39,716 bases of DNA. Origin: Octopus bimaculoides. Its lineage: Eukaryota. The stretch covers positions 150,341,503 through 150,381,218 of the forward strand of contig NC_068981.1 in the NCBI RefSeq assembly GCF_001194135.2, in the 5' to 3' direction. The notes under the pieces are model-generated. The model was not told the origin of the DNA, ran no database searches, and was given only the letters and a program-made list of their open reading frames with translations. A program made the translations under genes and the position numbers. Below, in pieces: positions 14,371 to 27,431 of this stretch; positions within the stretch are counted from its first letter, which is position 1; every line of letters begins with the position of its first letter.

Positions 14371-15848
14371 ATATATATATATATATACAATAAGCCCAAA
14401 GATCTTCTGTTTCTTTACCCATCTTCAAATGTCACCGAACTGTCTTGCCAGCCTAACACACACACACACACACACACACANNNNNNNNNNNNNNNNNNNN
14501 NNNNNNNNNNNNNNNNNNNNNNNNNNNNNNNNNNNNNNNNNNNNNNNNNNNNNNNNNNNNNNNNNNNNNNNNNNNNNNNNNNNNNNNNNNNNNNNNNNNN
14601 NNNNNNNNNNNNNNNNNNNNNNNNNNNNNNNNNNNNNNNNNNNNNNNNNNNNNNNNNNNNNNNNNNNNNNNNNNNNNNNNNNNNNNNNNNNNNNNNNNNN
14701 NNNNNNNNNNNNNNNNNNNNNNNNNNNNNNNNNNNNNNNNNNNNNNNNNNNNNNNNNNNNNNNNNNNNNNNNNNNNNNNNNNNNNNNNNNNNNNNNNNNN
14801 NNNNNNNNNNNNNNNNNNNNNNNNNNNNNNNNNNNNNNNNNNNNNNNNNNNNNNNNNNNNNNNNNNNNNNNNNNNNNNNNNNNNNNNNNNNNNNNNNNNN
14901 NNNATATATATGCATACATAAAACATGCGAAAAACATTCAAACACATTCATGCTTAAATACATATACACTTCTAAGACAGCGCATTATTGTTTCCTATTC
15001 ATAACACCACACACACAGATATGGTCCATTATATAGTCATTTCACCCTTCTTACATGTGGGTCATTTATGTCTGAATGCGTACATACATGTGTGTGTGCA
15101 CGTGTGCACGTATGTGTGCATGCGCGCACTTGTTTCTTTGTACATTATCTTAAAGTCTCACGTCTAGAGCTTTCTCTAGTTCAAGAGTTGCCTAACATTT
15201 CACTTAAGTATATATGTATGAAGTATATAAGTAAGTCGGTCGAATGTCGCTTGTTCTAGTATATGTCACATTTCGTGAGTAGTATGTTGTCTTCTCAACC
15301 TATACGCTTCTCTTTAAATCTTTACATCACGCTGGATATTAGGTAGCGTGGAGGAAAGCTTACTTTTAAATTTTGATTCAGCAATACTCTTGCTTCACAA
15401 TTTTAGTAATAATTATGGAATTTTTTGACAGGATGGGAAACTCGTTCAGAATAGCAGATAAGATATTCAGCTGGAAGATTATTTTTTAGCGAGATCCACT
15501 TCATGCTACGTTCTCTTGATTTTGAGAGAATCACTGGCAATCTTCTTTAGGCTTGTTGACTGAGTGGCACAGTGGATCAGCATTAATAATGTTGATCATG
15601 ATTATCATTGCCATGTCTTTTCTATATTACTGCAGTTCTAGAATGAAAAATTAAAATCGATTCAATTTTTTGACTGAGCCTTTATTTGATCGACAATTCA
15701 CATAAGAAATGCGTAGTCGACTCAAGCAGTACTCTGGGTTTAATTAGTGCCGTGCTTTACTTAGTTTTATGTTTAATGGGTGAATAGAATACAATAAAAT
15801 ATAATTCTAATAATGGATAATATATAATCAACTTTGCCCTTCCACAGT

Positions 15849-16148
15849 GAAGGCGCCTGGATTAGTGGTTAGGGTATCCGGTTTACGATCATAAGGTCAT
15901 GAGTTCAATTCCTGGCGACGTGTTATGTTCTTGAGGAAGACACTGTATTACACGTTGTTGCAATCCGTCCAGCTAGCAAAAATTAATATTACCTGTATTT
16001 CTGTTTCACGCTGAATCTCCCTGTGAACTACACTCAATTTACACGTGTCTGTGGAGTGCTCAGTTACATGCATGTTAATTTCACGAGCAAGCTGTTCTAT
16101 TGATCTGATCAACTGGAAACCTTGTCGTCGTAAGCGACAAAGTGCCAG
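15849..16148 (+). mobile_element. tRNA/CORE-type SINE
   Basis: A-box-like TGGATTAGTGGTTAGG, B box GAGTTCAATTCCTGG, CORE-like TTCTTGAGGAAGACACT. Confidence 0.65.
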
Positions 16149-17164
16149 TGTCGTGCCCTTTCACAACTATTTGATCTACTTATGTAGAAATCTGTATTAA
16201 ACAGTTATTTTTCTATGCATAAAACAATAATCTATAAATACACTAAATAAAGTAATAAACAACCTCTTAAACATAAATATGAATGTTTAAGTGCCTTGTT
16301 GAATGTTGTTTTACACATTTATATTTGTCGCAAATGCTTCATTGTGTTTATAGAGAAAAAAAAATTAGTGTACGATGTGGAACTTATTAATATATCAGAA
16401 GACAAAATTGTACTCAGTTACTACTCCTAGTTTTCATCTTTCACAACGATTGATTTCACATATTACGCTTCAGAGGATCGTAGAATGTTCGTTCATTCAC
16501 CATTGTTCAGTTGATTCGGTATGATAGCGCTTTTTTTTTAACACCACTTTGTTAACTTTTAGTGTGAGACAATCGACATAAAGGAATCCACCTCGCTGGC
16601 GATTTGAGTGAACAGTGAGTCGCTCTGACAGCATGGAAAGAATTATAATTGTTTGTTGTTGTGTTTGAATTATGACACAATCTCTTGCATTTTGTTTGGC
16701 ATTTCAGTAACTCAATAGTAACATAAATCTAAGTGTAAGTTAGGAGCTTTATTTCGAGACATACTATCAATTTGAATATGCTGAAGCCTTCAAATACTTC
16801 GGAGTTTGAAATAAAACTACAGCACTCTGCCATCGAACGCCTTGATGCCTCTTTACAATTTGCAGTCACCTTAGGTATATAACTAAGAACAGCAAAATTT
16901 CACTTACATACAGATGCCAAAGTAGAAAATGATTGTCTGAGGTGCACAGACACCAACTAGAAATTATGTAATTTCAAAGTGAAATTCATAACCACAAAGT
17001 CATATATACTCTCTCTCTCTCAGACACACACACAAACGCACGCACGCACGTATGATATTTTGATTTAGATAACAATCGCCCTGCTCTGCCAAGTAGGTCT
17101 GCTTTTCAAGTTAAATCTTACATGTGTAAATAATGGTATTTGCTCGAATTCTGTAAAATGATTT

Positions 17165-17222
17165 AATGAACTCGAACCATAATGAACTCGAACCATAATG
17201 AACTCGAACCATAATGAACTCG
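17165..17222. repeat. Perfect 16-bp tandem repeat (AATGAACTCGAACCAT) x3.6
   Basis: Units start at 17165, 17181, 17197 and 17213 (partial); no mismatches. Confidence 0.97.
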
Positions 17223-18125
17223 CATCACTGGCAGCGTGCTACTTTTCTACACTACTCTTACATACGGGGAAATACAAAGAAACTAAACAACATTAAAACA
17301 TCTTTTAATCATAATATACTATAAAACCAAAACTCGGAAAGAATTGATAATTTATAGTCTGAACAATTTTCGAAGCTTTAATAACGATCTATTTCTAGTG
17401 CTCCGATTGGTAAGCGGAAAGAATTGAGGTTATGTACTTTAATCAAGTTCAGAGTTTGGTCTATGTTACGAGGTGCAAATTTATGAATATCAGGCGGTCA
17501 TGAGATTCAACATTTTCCATTAGAGAAGACATTAGATTTCTAATTCTATGCATAACTTTCAAAGGTTAAATTAAAATTACGCTCAACAAATTCTTACTAC
17601 TCAATAGCTATCAATTATATGGAATTTTAAGCGCATAAAATATGTCATAAATTCGAAACGTAACCTGTAGTTATATCCATTAAATTCAATTAGCCTTAAA
17701 CTCGACTCATAACTGTTCATTAACTTTCGGATAATAATTTAACATTCTATTATATTATATATTTCCGACAAGGTGATCTCAATAGAAATAACTAGATGCT
17801 TAATACTGGAATATGTGATGAATATCACATTATAAATTTGCTAGTAGAAATATAATTGTAGATAACTTTCTGTCTAGTGAGACCACTCAATAAATTTGGA
17901 TGACATGTACTTTTATATATTTTATTTATTTTATTATCTATTAATTTTTTTAATATGCTGGTGCTTTCATTGATTGTCCATTACCTTTATTACTGCGCGC
18001 GCGTGTGTACGCTTGAGTGCGCACGTGTGCGTGTGTATGCTTATAACACACGCTTGAGACGCTCCTCCACAAATTTTCTACGAGATGAACTCTTATTCAA
18101 TTAATAGTGTACGTGCACGTACGTG

Positions 18126-18157
<32 letters not shown>

Positions 18158-20821
18158 TGTATGTATGTATGTATGTATGTATGCATGCATGTATGTATGT
18201 ATGTATGTATGTGCGTACATCTGTATTGATGTACGTATGTATTTTGTCCAATAAATTATGTTTGCATATTTAAAAAAATATTAAATTTCATGTCAGACAT
18301 CTCAAGTGGTTCTGTGGTATAATTTTCAATTTATAATTAGAGCTTTGAATACCTGCGATTTTTCAGAAATTTGCACTACATCTGAGGATACGTTGCTGAG
18401 AATTTGGCTAACGTATTGATTGCCAGGTTTTAAATTTCAATGACATCAAATGAGAAAGACTTAGAGAAAGGAATATACTGGCAGTTCCGGTACCATTAGG
18501 CTACCAATGAACACTTTATTCCCAGCAATGAAACGATTTCTCTCATGCTAATATAGTTTTCTATTGCCTTTCCGCGGTCATTGAAATATTTGCCAATCAC
18601 ACGGTCATTTGAATTGCAGAAAAGTACGATGAACTGTTCTTTTCTACAGAAGTTATTTATTGCTAGGCAGACTAGATTAAGCTATCATAGAAAGTTATTT
18701 GTTTTCCTGCCATACAGTTTTGCGACGGTGATTTGAAATACGCTTCTAATCTCATAAAGCAGATGCAGGTAAACATAATTGTTTTCCTTAGAAAGTAATA
18801 CATACATACTTGTTCGATGCTGAATACTAACGCATAATCTTATCAATTGAGATTCTGCGAATTTATATTTATTTATTCCCCTTATTCAATTCCCTTAGAG
18901 AGAAAAAAAACAGTAACTAATCAATTTCAGGATAGGAAACTAATTCTTAAATTCACCACAACATGAATGTATCTATGATACAGATTTTGCGTCGAAGGAA
19001 AGCAAAGCGAATTCACAATGCACCAAATATTTTTATGTGAATATTTGTAATAAATCCATTACATTATTACGTCAAAACATAACGGGGAAAGAAGAAAAAA
19101 ATTATCAGTGTTTATTGGAAATGCGAATTTTGAAAAATTATATGATTTATTGAAGCATATTATTCGAATGCAAATAGTTGATTAGTAACTTCATCAACTG
19201 GAATTTCTTGCCGATTGATCAGTACAAGTTAAGGAAGATTTTCTAAATAGTTTGAACGCGTGAAAAGATGAATACGAAAAATAAAATTAACTATGATACA
19301 AAGTTATGATTCAATATATTACAGGAAAGTAACCACGGCTAAATAAGACAAGCATGCAATAAACAGGATTTTCATTAATTAATTAAATCGAACGAAGAAA
19401 AGCATTAAGAAAACAGAACAAGCTTCTTGTCACACACCTATGCCTTCGCCTATGCACACAGCCACGCCTACACCTATGCACACAGTCACGGCTAACATTC
19501 TATTAATCAAACTAACGCTGATAAATGTATAAAAGCAAATCTATAAAACCTATAACTTAGATTAGCTTACCATTTATCTTCATTTAACCGTCAGAGAAAG
19601 TATTACATTTCAAAGAAAGTTAGTAGCTTCATATAATCCCATTCTCATTATACTTTTACTGTTACAGTTTTAATTGTAGTTGCCTAGGCGTGATAGGCAT
19701 GCCATGCCTTATAATCTTTTATATATACTCTTATAATCTCAATCTACCTTTGTTTCTGTTTTTTAACTGAAAGCAGCAAAACATAAAGCAATGAAAAAAG
19801 CCGAGAGTTTCAGATTATTTTGATTGAAAGGAAACTACTGAAGTTCCAATAAACACGTGGGACATGTGCCCGAATAATCAGTTTTGTAAGGTACGCCAAA
19901 ACAAAATAAGAGTGTTGTCGATTGCAAGAATAGTTCAACGTAGAAAATCCAAAATTATTCCATGCGCTTATCACTATTTCAACATAATGCATTTACAAAA
20001 TACATTGACGGCTGTCTTCTAGATTATCACCGCACGCCGACAAAAAATGGAAAATTTTCTTTTTGATAATTTAGTATAATCTAGACGTAATTTGTTCTAA
20101 ATTTGCTTTAACTTTGACATAGAAAACTATGGATTCTGTACAGCACAAAAATCATGTTGAATGGTTACATTCTTGTACTTTGTTACTATCACTATATTAT
20201 TTCTAGGGAAATATAATTTTTAAATGACCCAGTCCACTCTAATGTAAGTCATCACTACAGATAAGTACGACCTGCTGACCGTGAGCAGTAACATCAAGGG
20301 GAAATGGATAACCAGCGAGTACTTCGTTAGTCTGAAATGCTGAGCACAATACATGTAGATATAGTTTGGAGAGATGAACTCCACCAGCTGATATTTCCGA
20401 GAAGCAACGATCAAACATTCTTGTAGTTTTTCTTGATCTACTAAATTTAACAGCTAAGTCTTTATCAAATGACACGATCATAGGTCTTAAAAACGGAAAG
20501 CATATATTGTGTAATTTAGCTCAAGAGAGACTCAAAAGATAGGTTGGCCACGGCAGGAATACCACTGACCATAAGCCTTCTCACATTTGGCATAGTGCTA
20601 AACAACAATGGCTTAAAAAGGAAAGCCTTTATGTAGCTCTCCAAAAGCGAATGCGTACGAAATTTAGCATTTCGTCAAAAATAGTGCTTTGATTTCGAAA
20701 GCTCGTTACTGTCCCAGCCTAAATGAGCTTTTAAAGGCGCGTTATATTTTTTTATCAATTAGTTCAAGAAACATGTATGCCAGATAAACTTCCGTAACTG
20801 TATAAGCATAACCCATAGGTA

Positions 20822-20958
<137 letters not shown>

Positions 20959-21269
20959 ACACACTCCGATCAGAATGCAATCACGGTTTAAATGATAAAG
21001 CTTAGTTGTGTGTTTGACCAACGATCCAAAACCTTAAAAATAACAAACCCTGCAAAACAAAAAATCAGAAGTAAACATTCCAGCAGAGATAATAAAATCT
21101 CATCATCTAATGTCCCTATGGAAATGGACAGGCATAAACCTGTAACAATTTCAGGTGTATATCGTCAAAAGAGAGAGAAAGAGGGAGAGAGAAAGAAAGG
21201 GATAGAATCTGTGAATCAAGAGCCACGACTATGTATTTTTTTTTCTTTTTGTAAAACCACTCACACCAG

Positions 21270-21620
21270 TTAGTTGATGAGGTGTTTGAACTTTTATATG
21301 CAAATGTATGTTGGGAAAATGTGGGCTGAGTTAAGTGTAAATCTCAGAGGAATGCAATCGAAAGAGAAAGCATTAGTTAAAATATGAAGCGTAGCTATAC
21401 AGATGGGATGACATAAACGGAAATGAATTGGGCAGGGTGCTATATAGATTGTTATTTCAGAGAAAATCCATTATTGCAGAAAACAGAGTGAAATAACATG
21501 ATTGTAGGCGGGTGAATATAGGGTGTTGCTGAGTAAATGCTTTCCAGTAAGTCAGAATGTTTAAGTAAAGAAGAGAGTGATGGAGGTGAATTTCCTTGAT
21601 TCATCTAGTTATTCTGTATT
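21270..21620 (-). mobile_element. Very old CR1-like LINE 3' fragment
   Basis: Base composition and scattered motifs parallel 10140-10500; weak eyeball similarity only. Confidence 0.35.
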
Positions 21621-21946
21621 GTGCTTTAAATAGTAAAGATACTTAAAGGAATGTTATAGAATCACAACAAAATGCATTCACAAGCATATATCCTCCGGTA
21701 AAGTAATTATTGTTTTCTTTTTGTATTGACACAGTGTCACCAAATTTTGTTCCTTTGAATTTTGTTTGGTATTCAAAGGATACTTTATTAAACAAGTTCA
21801 TTTTCATCTTTTACTACTTTGCTTAATATTCTTTAATTTCAAAATTCATTTGCAAACTAATTATTACTGTTATATACCTATACTGAGTGAAAATTGACTG
21901 ATAATTGTATATGTAGAGCCTTATGATAACAAAAAATCAATAGGTA

Positions 21947-21958
21947 ATTATTATTATC

Positions 21959-22043
<85 letters not shown>
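21947..22043. repeat. (ATT)n microsatellite running into an N gap
   Basis: Direct reading. The far side of the gap (22325-22339) is a SINE 3' end, CTATAGTAGAAAAGG. Confidence 0.97.
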
Positions 22044-22363
22044 NNNNNNNNNNNNNNNNNNNNNNNNNNNNNNNNNNNNNNNNNNNNNNNNNNNNNNNNN
22101 NNNNNNNNNNNNNNNNNNNNNNNNNNNNNNNNNNNNNNNNNNNNNNNNNNNNNNNNNNNNNNNNNNNNNNNNNNNNNNNNNNNNNNNNNNNNNNNNNNNN
22201 NNNNNNNNNNNNNNNNNNNNNNNNNNNNNNNNNNNNNNNNNNNNNNNNNNNNNNNNNNNNNNNNNNNNNNNNNNNNNNNNNNNNNNNNNNNNNNNNNNNN
22301 NNNNNNNNNNNNNNNNNNNNNNNNCTATAGTAGAAAAGGTTATTATTAATGTTATTATTACTT

Positions 22364-22755
22364 TGAGCTGGCAGAATAGTTAGCACGCTAGGTGAACTGC
22401 TTAACGGTATTTCGTCTGCCACTGCGTTCTGAGTTCAAATTCCGCCGAGGTCGACTTTGCCTTTCATCCTTTCGGGGTCGATAAATTAAGTGCCAGTTAC
22501 GCACTGGGGTCGATAAAATCGACTTAATTCGTTTGTCTGTCCTTGTTTGTCCCCTCTGTGTGTCGCCCCTTGTGGGCAGTAAAGAAATAGGTATTTCGCC
22601 TGTCTTCATGTTCTGAGTTCAAATTCCACCGAGATCGACTTTGCCTTTTATCCTTTCGCGGGTAGATAAATTAAGTATCAGTGAAATACTAGGATCGATG
22701 TAATAAACTAGTCCACTCCCCACAAATTTCAAGGCCTTGCGCCTTCAGTAGAAAG
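22364..22755 (+). mobile_element. tRNA-derived SINE (GTAGAAAG end) interrupted by a related long-tailed SINE
   Basis: Head 22364-22414 and remainder 22590-22755; GGTATTTCG occurs at 22406-22414 and 22590-22598. Confidence 0.8.
22415..22589 (+). mobile_element. 5'-truncated long-tailed SINE variant nested in a sister SINE
   Basis: B box GAGTTCAAATTCC, shared body, distinct tail GTTTGTCCCCTCTGTGTGTCGCCCCTTGTGGGCAGTAAAGAAATA. Confidence 0.85.
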
Positions 22756-22774
22756 ATTTATCATTATTGTTGCG

Positions 22775-22987
22775 AAGGCGGCTAGCTGGCAGAAACGTTA
22801 GCACGGTGGACGAAATGCTTAGCAATATTTCGTCCCTCGATACGTTCTGAGTTCAAACTCCACCAAGGTCAACTTTGCCTTTCATCCTTTCGGGAGTCGA
22901 TGAACTAAGTACCAGTGAAGTTCTGGGGTCCATGTAATTGACTCATCCCCACCTCCACCAAGCTGCTCTTGTGGCAAAAATTTGAAA
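22775..22987 (+). mobile_element. tRNA-derived SINE, cluster 2 (TTTGAAA end)
   Basis: Head AAGGCGGCTAGCTGGCAGAAACGTTAG, B box GAGTTCAAACTCC. Confidence 0.9.
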
Positions 22988-23007
22988 TAATAATAATTAT
23001 TATTATT

Positions 23008-23206
23008 AAGGCGGTGAGCTGGCAGAATGGTTAGCTCGCTGGACGAAATGCTTAGCAGTATTTCGCCCGTCGATCCGTTCAGAGTTCAAATTCCGTCGAG
23101 GTCAACTCTGCCTTACATCCGTTCGGTGTGGATAAAGTACTAGTTAAACACTGGGATCGATTTATACTCTCCCACGAAATTGCTGTCCTTGTGGCAAATT
23201 TTGAAA
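23008..23206 (+). mobile_element. tRNA-derived SINE, cluster 2 (TTTGAAA end)
   Basis: Head AAGGCGGTGAGCTGGCAGAATGG; flanked by (ATT)n on both sides, and downstream grading into (ATTT)n and (ATTC)n. Confidence 0.9.
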
Positions 23207-23215
23207 TTATTATTA

Positions 23216-23246
<31 letters not shown>

Positions 23247-23369
23247 TTTATTCATTCATTCATTCATTCATTTATTTATTCATTTATTTTACTTTGTTCT
23301 TGCTAGATACAGTCACTTGAAAGACGGCGGATGGCCGTATTAAATCCCCAATAGCAGCATTTAATTCGG

Positions 23370-23490
23370 AGTTCAAACTCCGCCGAGGTCAACTCTGCCT
23401 TGCATCCTTTCGGATTGGATAAAATAAGTACTAGTTAAACGTTGGGATCGATGTAATCGATTTATCCCCTCCCCCGAAATTGTTGTCTCT
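23370..23490 (+). mobile_element. Truncated copy of the same SINE
   Basis: GAGTTCAAACTCCGCCGAGGTCAACTCTGCCTTGCATCCTTTCGG. Confidence 0.8.
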
Positions 23491-23817
23491 CTGCGAATGT
23501 TCAGGGTTCAAGTCCCACTGAAGTCAACGTTCTTCTCTTTCTCATCTACGTTGCTATAGATGTTACATAGATGCAAACTTGTGAAAATTCTTAATATTCC
23601 ACGTTGTATTAAGGGAGGTATTATAGAAGAACAAGATATAATGGCTTGATAATTCGTGACTATAATCTAGTTTTGATTTTTGAAAACGTAACCTTTTCGG
23701 TAAAACATTCGTTTTCTTTTCCTTCTTTTTTTTTTGTTAACCAATGTCCAGCAAGATTGTAACAAAACTTTTCGGGTCAAAATATACAGGATACTGCATC
23801 ACTGTGCCTTACCTACA

Positions 23818-23920
23818 AAGATGACAAAGTCAACCTCGCTGAAATTCGATCTCAGAACGTAAAGAGCCGAAACAAATAATGCTAAGCATTTTTCCTGACA
23901 CTATCACAATTTTACCAGCA
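23818..23920 (-). mobile_element. Degenerate 5' half of the same SINE
   Basis: Plus strand CAAAGTCAACCTCG...CTCAGAACGTAAAG...GCTAAGCATTT. Confidence 0.65.
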
Positions 23921-24718
23921 TGCTGGACTTTACATGATGTACAAAAAGGAATATAAAACGGACACTGGAAAATAGAGACTTATTGAGACATATTAGTCTA
24001 TACATCTTGTATTAACATGATATTCATCCACACTTCTTTGATATGCTAATTACTAGTAGTTCAGAGAGTGTTGTGCTAAAATTCTGTTCAATTCAGCAGC
24101 ATCAAATGTCAATTACTTACAACTTCATGCAAGCTCTTAATTAGCCAACGTTATGTATTCATGTTATTTATCGCATCAAGCAATTCATACACGGAGACAT
24201 TCTCAATTTACGAATGCATCAATTGTTTATAAGACGATTTATGTTATATTGAAATGAGGAACATAACTTGAAACGTACGGTTCATATGCACAATAGATGG
24301 TTGGTCAACAAAATGCTATTATTTAAGTTTTCTCCATAAAATATAATATAGAAATTACTATCGAAAATAAGAGATAATTCTACACGCTATTCTTTTCTTT
24401 GTTTGCAAAGACGCAGTGGGGAAACAGCCAACAGGCTCGTTCATTCTGTTTTCATGAGCTCCGTTATCCAATGTTATGCATCTACAACCGCGAACTAGCA
24501 ACAAGTTACATAATCAGCACATTAAGTGATGTGGTAACGCATATAATACAGAGAAATGCTGGACCCTTTACCTGACGACCAACCCATGCAGGTGAGATCC
24601 TACATATACTAAATCTGAACTTGCCGTGTGATATTTTGCTTCATCGGATTCAAGAATGCTACAGTTTTATGCTGAAGTATTGGACGTGGTTGAAAGCAAA
24701 GATTAAAAACGTGAGGCA

Positions 24719-24820
24719 GTAGAACGCATCCACCCAAGATATTGTATTAAGTTTTGCCAAAAGCTTGGTGATACTCAAATTCAAACAATCCAGATGATTC
24801 AGCACACCTTTGGTTATAAT
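24719..24820 (+). mobile_element. Mariner transposase N-terminal fragment
   Basis: Translates VERIHPRYCIKFCQKLGDTQIQTIQMIQHTFG, matching the QRYCIKFC.KLG HTH start of mariner transposases. It is cut off by a SINE fragment at about 24825-24900. Confidence 0.75.
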
Positions 24821-26304
24821 GGCCAGTGCGCAAGTGATACTAATTTTATCGAACCCAAAAATGATGAATGGTAAAGTCAACCTCGGCGGAATCTGAAATT
24901 GTAATATTAACTTCTTTATTAACTGGGTCTGTTGTCATATTTTAAATCCTATTTCTATTTCCCTTTACTTACGTTGCTATTACCATTGAAACATCATTGA
25001 AAAATATCTTTTCTATTAATCTGAGGCTTTAACCTACATATATATCATTACTTTACTTTTCTATCAGTTTAATTTCTCTAAATTATAACGAATATATATT
25101 TATAATAATTCTAGGCGTTTATGTTGATAACATATACATTTATGCATGATTAACATATTAATTATTTTTTAGATTATAAATAAATGTAATTTTTTTTACA
25201 GCAGATTAAGACATATCATGTTTCTAGTATGTTATGAAATATATTATTTTCGTTTTGCATTTGAAAAATAAATATTTTGTCAAGGATTACAAAATATTAT
25301 CTTGTCATCAGATTATTGAGTGTGGGTTTTATCTTGTCAGATTAAAATATCAATTCCCAACAACATATGTTGTGGTATAAGAATTCTTCAGTAGGATAAT
25401 GACAATACGTATCAACGTTTTAAGATTCGTTATTGCTGAAACCAGGTTAGAACTGACCGAACTGACCAATAAAATCGTTGTAAACTGAACCATACCGTTC
25501 TCTTTATATGTCAAACTATAAGTGTACAATGTATTCAGGTTTCTTTTTTAAAGAAGTTAAATCTTATTTGGCCAAACTTTTGTTAATATATACGCCTAAC
25601 AAATCGATCAACCATAAAGAAGCTGTCTTGATGGTTTATTTTTAGCTTTATCTTATTGTTCTGAGAAGGCGAAAGTTTAATTATAATTAGATCTTACTCC
25701 GTGACTTCGGGTGTGGTTAAAGAGAGATAATTATAGATTTCTGTGACCATGAGTTGCAGAAGAATTTTGTCACTTAGCTAGTGGAAAAGAGATGGCCTGA
25801 AACAAACTCTAGAAGCTCAGGGGTCTGAAGAGAAAATGATTGGCTTTGCAATGCATGATGTGAGATGCGAGAAGTAGATTTAAATGAGAAAAAAAGTCAA
25901 AGTAAGAGAAGGCATTATAAAGAATAGAAGAAAAAACAGACAAAAAGATTCTTGTTTTATTATGATTCCAATCACATCAAGGAATGTTTAATATGAATTT
26001 GAAATCGACACCGACTACTTAACTGATACTTTATTTGGTTTATCGTCTCGTGATGCATAGAATGGCAAAGTTGACTGCAATGTGGTGTGAATTCGGTAAA
26101 TAAAGGGTTGTGACTAACTATCACAGGCCCTTTTTTCCGATGTTCTACTAATTTTGTCAATGTCTTATTGTTGCTATTTAGTCTTAAGCCAGCCAGAGAG
26201 AGCAAAAATATAATCAGCAACAGTGACTTTTTCATGTATTTTTCCTGCGCAGCTTATAGATTACTACATCATTCAATGTGTTTTTCCATTGACTAACGGT
26301 GTAC

Positions 26305-26449
26305 CAAGTATGGGCAACCTCTTTCAAAGAGCGGGCCGCATGAGACATGATTTATCTTCAGCAGGCCACATTATTAAAAAGAATTCATGGAAATTTTTCG
26401 TTAGGCGTACTATTCACAAATTCCGCGTGCTGCAGTTTGTTCATGACTG
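26305..26449. mobile_element. Possible short hAT-like MITE
   Basis: Left end CAAGTATGGGCAACC...GCGGGCCGCATG; right end reverse-complements to CAGTCATGAACAAAC. Imperfect TIRs; no 8-bp TSD recoverable. Confidence 0.35.
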
Positions 26450-26609
26450 CAGTAGGCTGTGATTTGAATGATATTTGAATGGCTATGTCTTGCAGACCGA
26501 CAGATTATGTAGAAGCTTTTTAGTGACTGTTGATGGGGTAGGCATAAATATTATGTGAACATGCTTCCACAAACATTATATGTAATTTAGAGCGTATAAC
26601 TACCCCACT

Positions 26610-26935
26610 TTCGTTCAGGAATGGCCATGGGTTTTCCCCTAGAATGTTACTCTCCTAGGCACAAGTCCGGACAAATGTGTTTATGGAAAACCAGCAGTCA
26701 CCCATGCATACCAGCCTCCCCTCTCCATACCACCGATGTTGTCCGAGACAAAGTCAAAGGCCGATACAGTTTGGCAACAATGACGTCGCAACTCATTTCT
26801 ACAGCTGAGTGAACTGAAGCAACGTGAAATAAAGTGGCTTGCTCATAAACACAACATAAAGTCTAGTCTGAGAATCGAACTCACTACCTCGTGATTGTGA
26901 GCCTAACGCTGTAACTACTGAGCCATGCGCCTTCA
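26610..26935 (-). mobile_element. tRNA/CORE-type SINE
   Basis: Minus head TGAAGGCGCATGGCTCAGTAGTTA, B box GAGTTCGATTCT, core GAGCAAGCCACTTTATTTCACGTTGCTTCAGTTCACTCAGCTGTAG. Confidence 0.7.
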
Positions 26936-27431
26936 TTTAGAGCGTATACAAGTAGTAGATATAGGAAATATATATGGTGCGTGTATGTGTGCGCGCCCGT
27001 GTCTGTGAGTGCATATCTGTATCATTTCTGTTACTCCGAATACTGATTGTTAGAATTTGAAATATGCGTGGGTTCAGAGTTGTTGCTGTTACCGCTGCTG
27101 TCTCAGCAGTTGTACTTGTTGCTGTTGCTATTGTATCTGTTGCTTGTGTTATTGTTTTACTCTAAGCCACATTTGATCAAGCATCTCTTTCGACAAAGGC
27201 ATTCAAGCCATTGCCATCTTGCCATCCCATCTTTTTGTTTATCCAATGTGCGTTTCCATATTTTAAAACGTTAGCAAAGAAGATTTGGATGCTGTCTTTA
27301 ACAGGTCAATCGGCCACGTAGAGGCTCCTTTGCCGATTCATCCAAAACTAATTGAAGAATGTATTTGTGATGATATGAATAACAGATGAAGTAATGATTT
27401 AGATCAATTAATAGTTATTTATATATCGCTA

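Noticed and set aside
15849-15920. tRNA-like segments here and at other SINE heads
   Set aside because: A/B boxes are present but there is no intact cloverleaf; they continue into SINE bodies, so they are not tRNA genes.
18367-18412. WD40-like peptide ICTTSEDTLLRIW after TTTTCAG
   Set aside because: Only 46 bp, weak donor, in-frame stop just after; no other WD exons found.
19831-19890. 60-bp phase-0 exon candidate ETTEVPINTWDMCPNNQFCK
   Set aside because: Mediocre splice signals and no recognisable family; such hits are expected by chance in 40 kb.
24411-24533. 123-bp exon candidate after a pyrimidine-rich acceptor
   Set aside because: Peptide unrecognised, donor weak, and it lies close to a mariner remnant.
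25972-26235. Minus-strand ORF starting with a signal-peptide-like MKKSLLLIIFLLSLAG
   Set aside because: The rest of the peptide is featureless and there is no promoter or splice support; likely chance.
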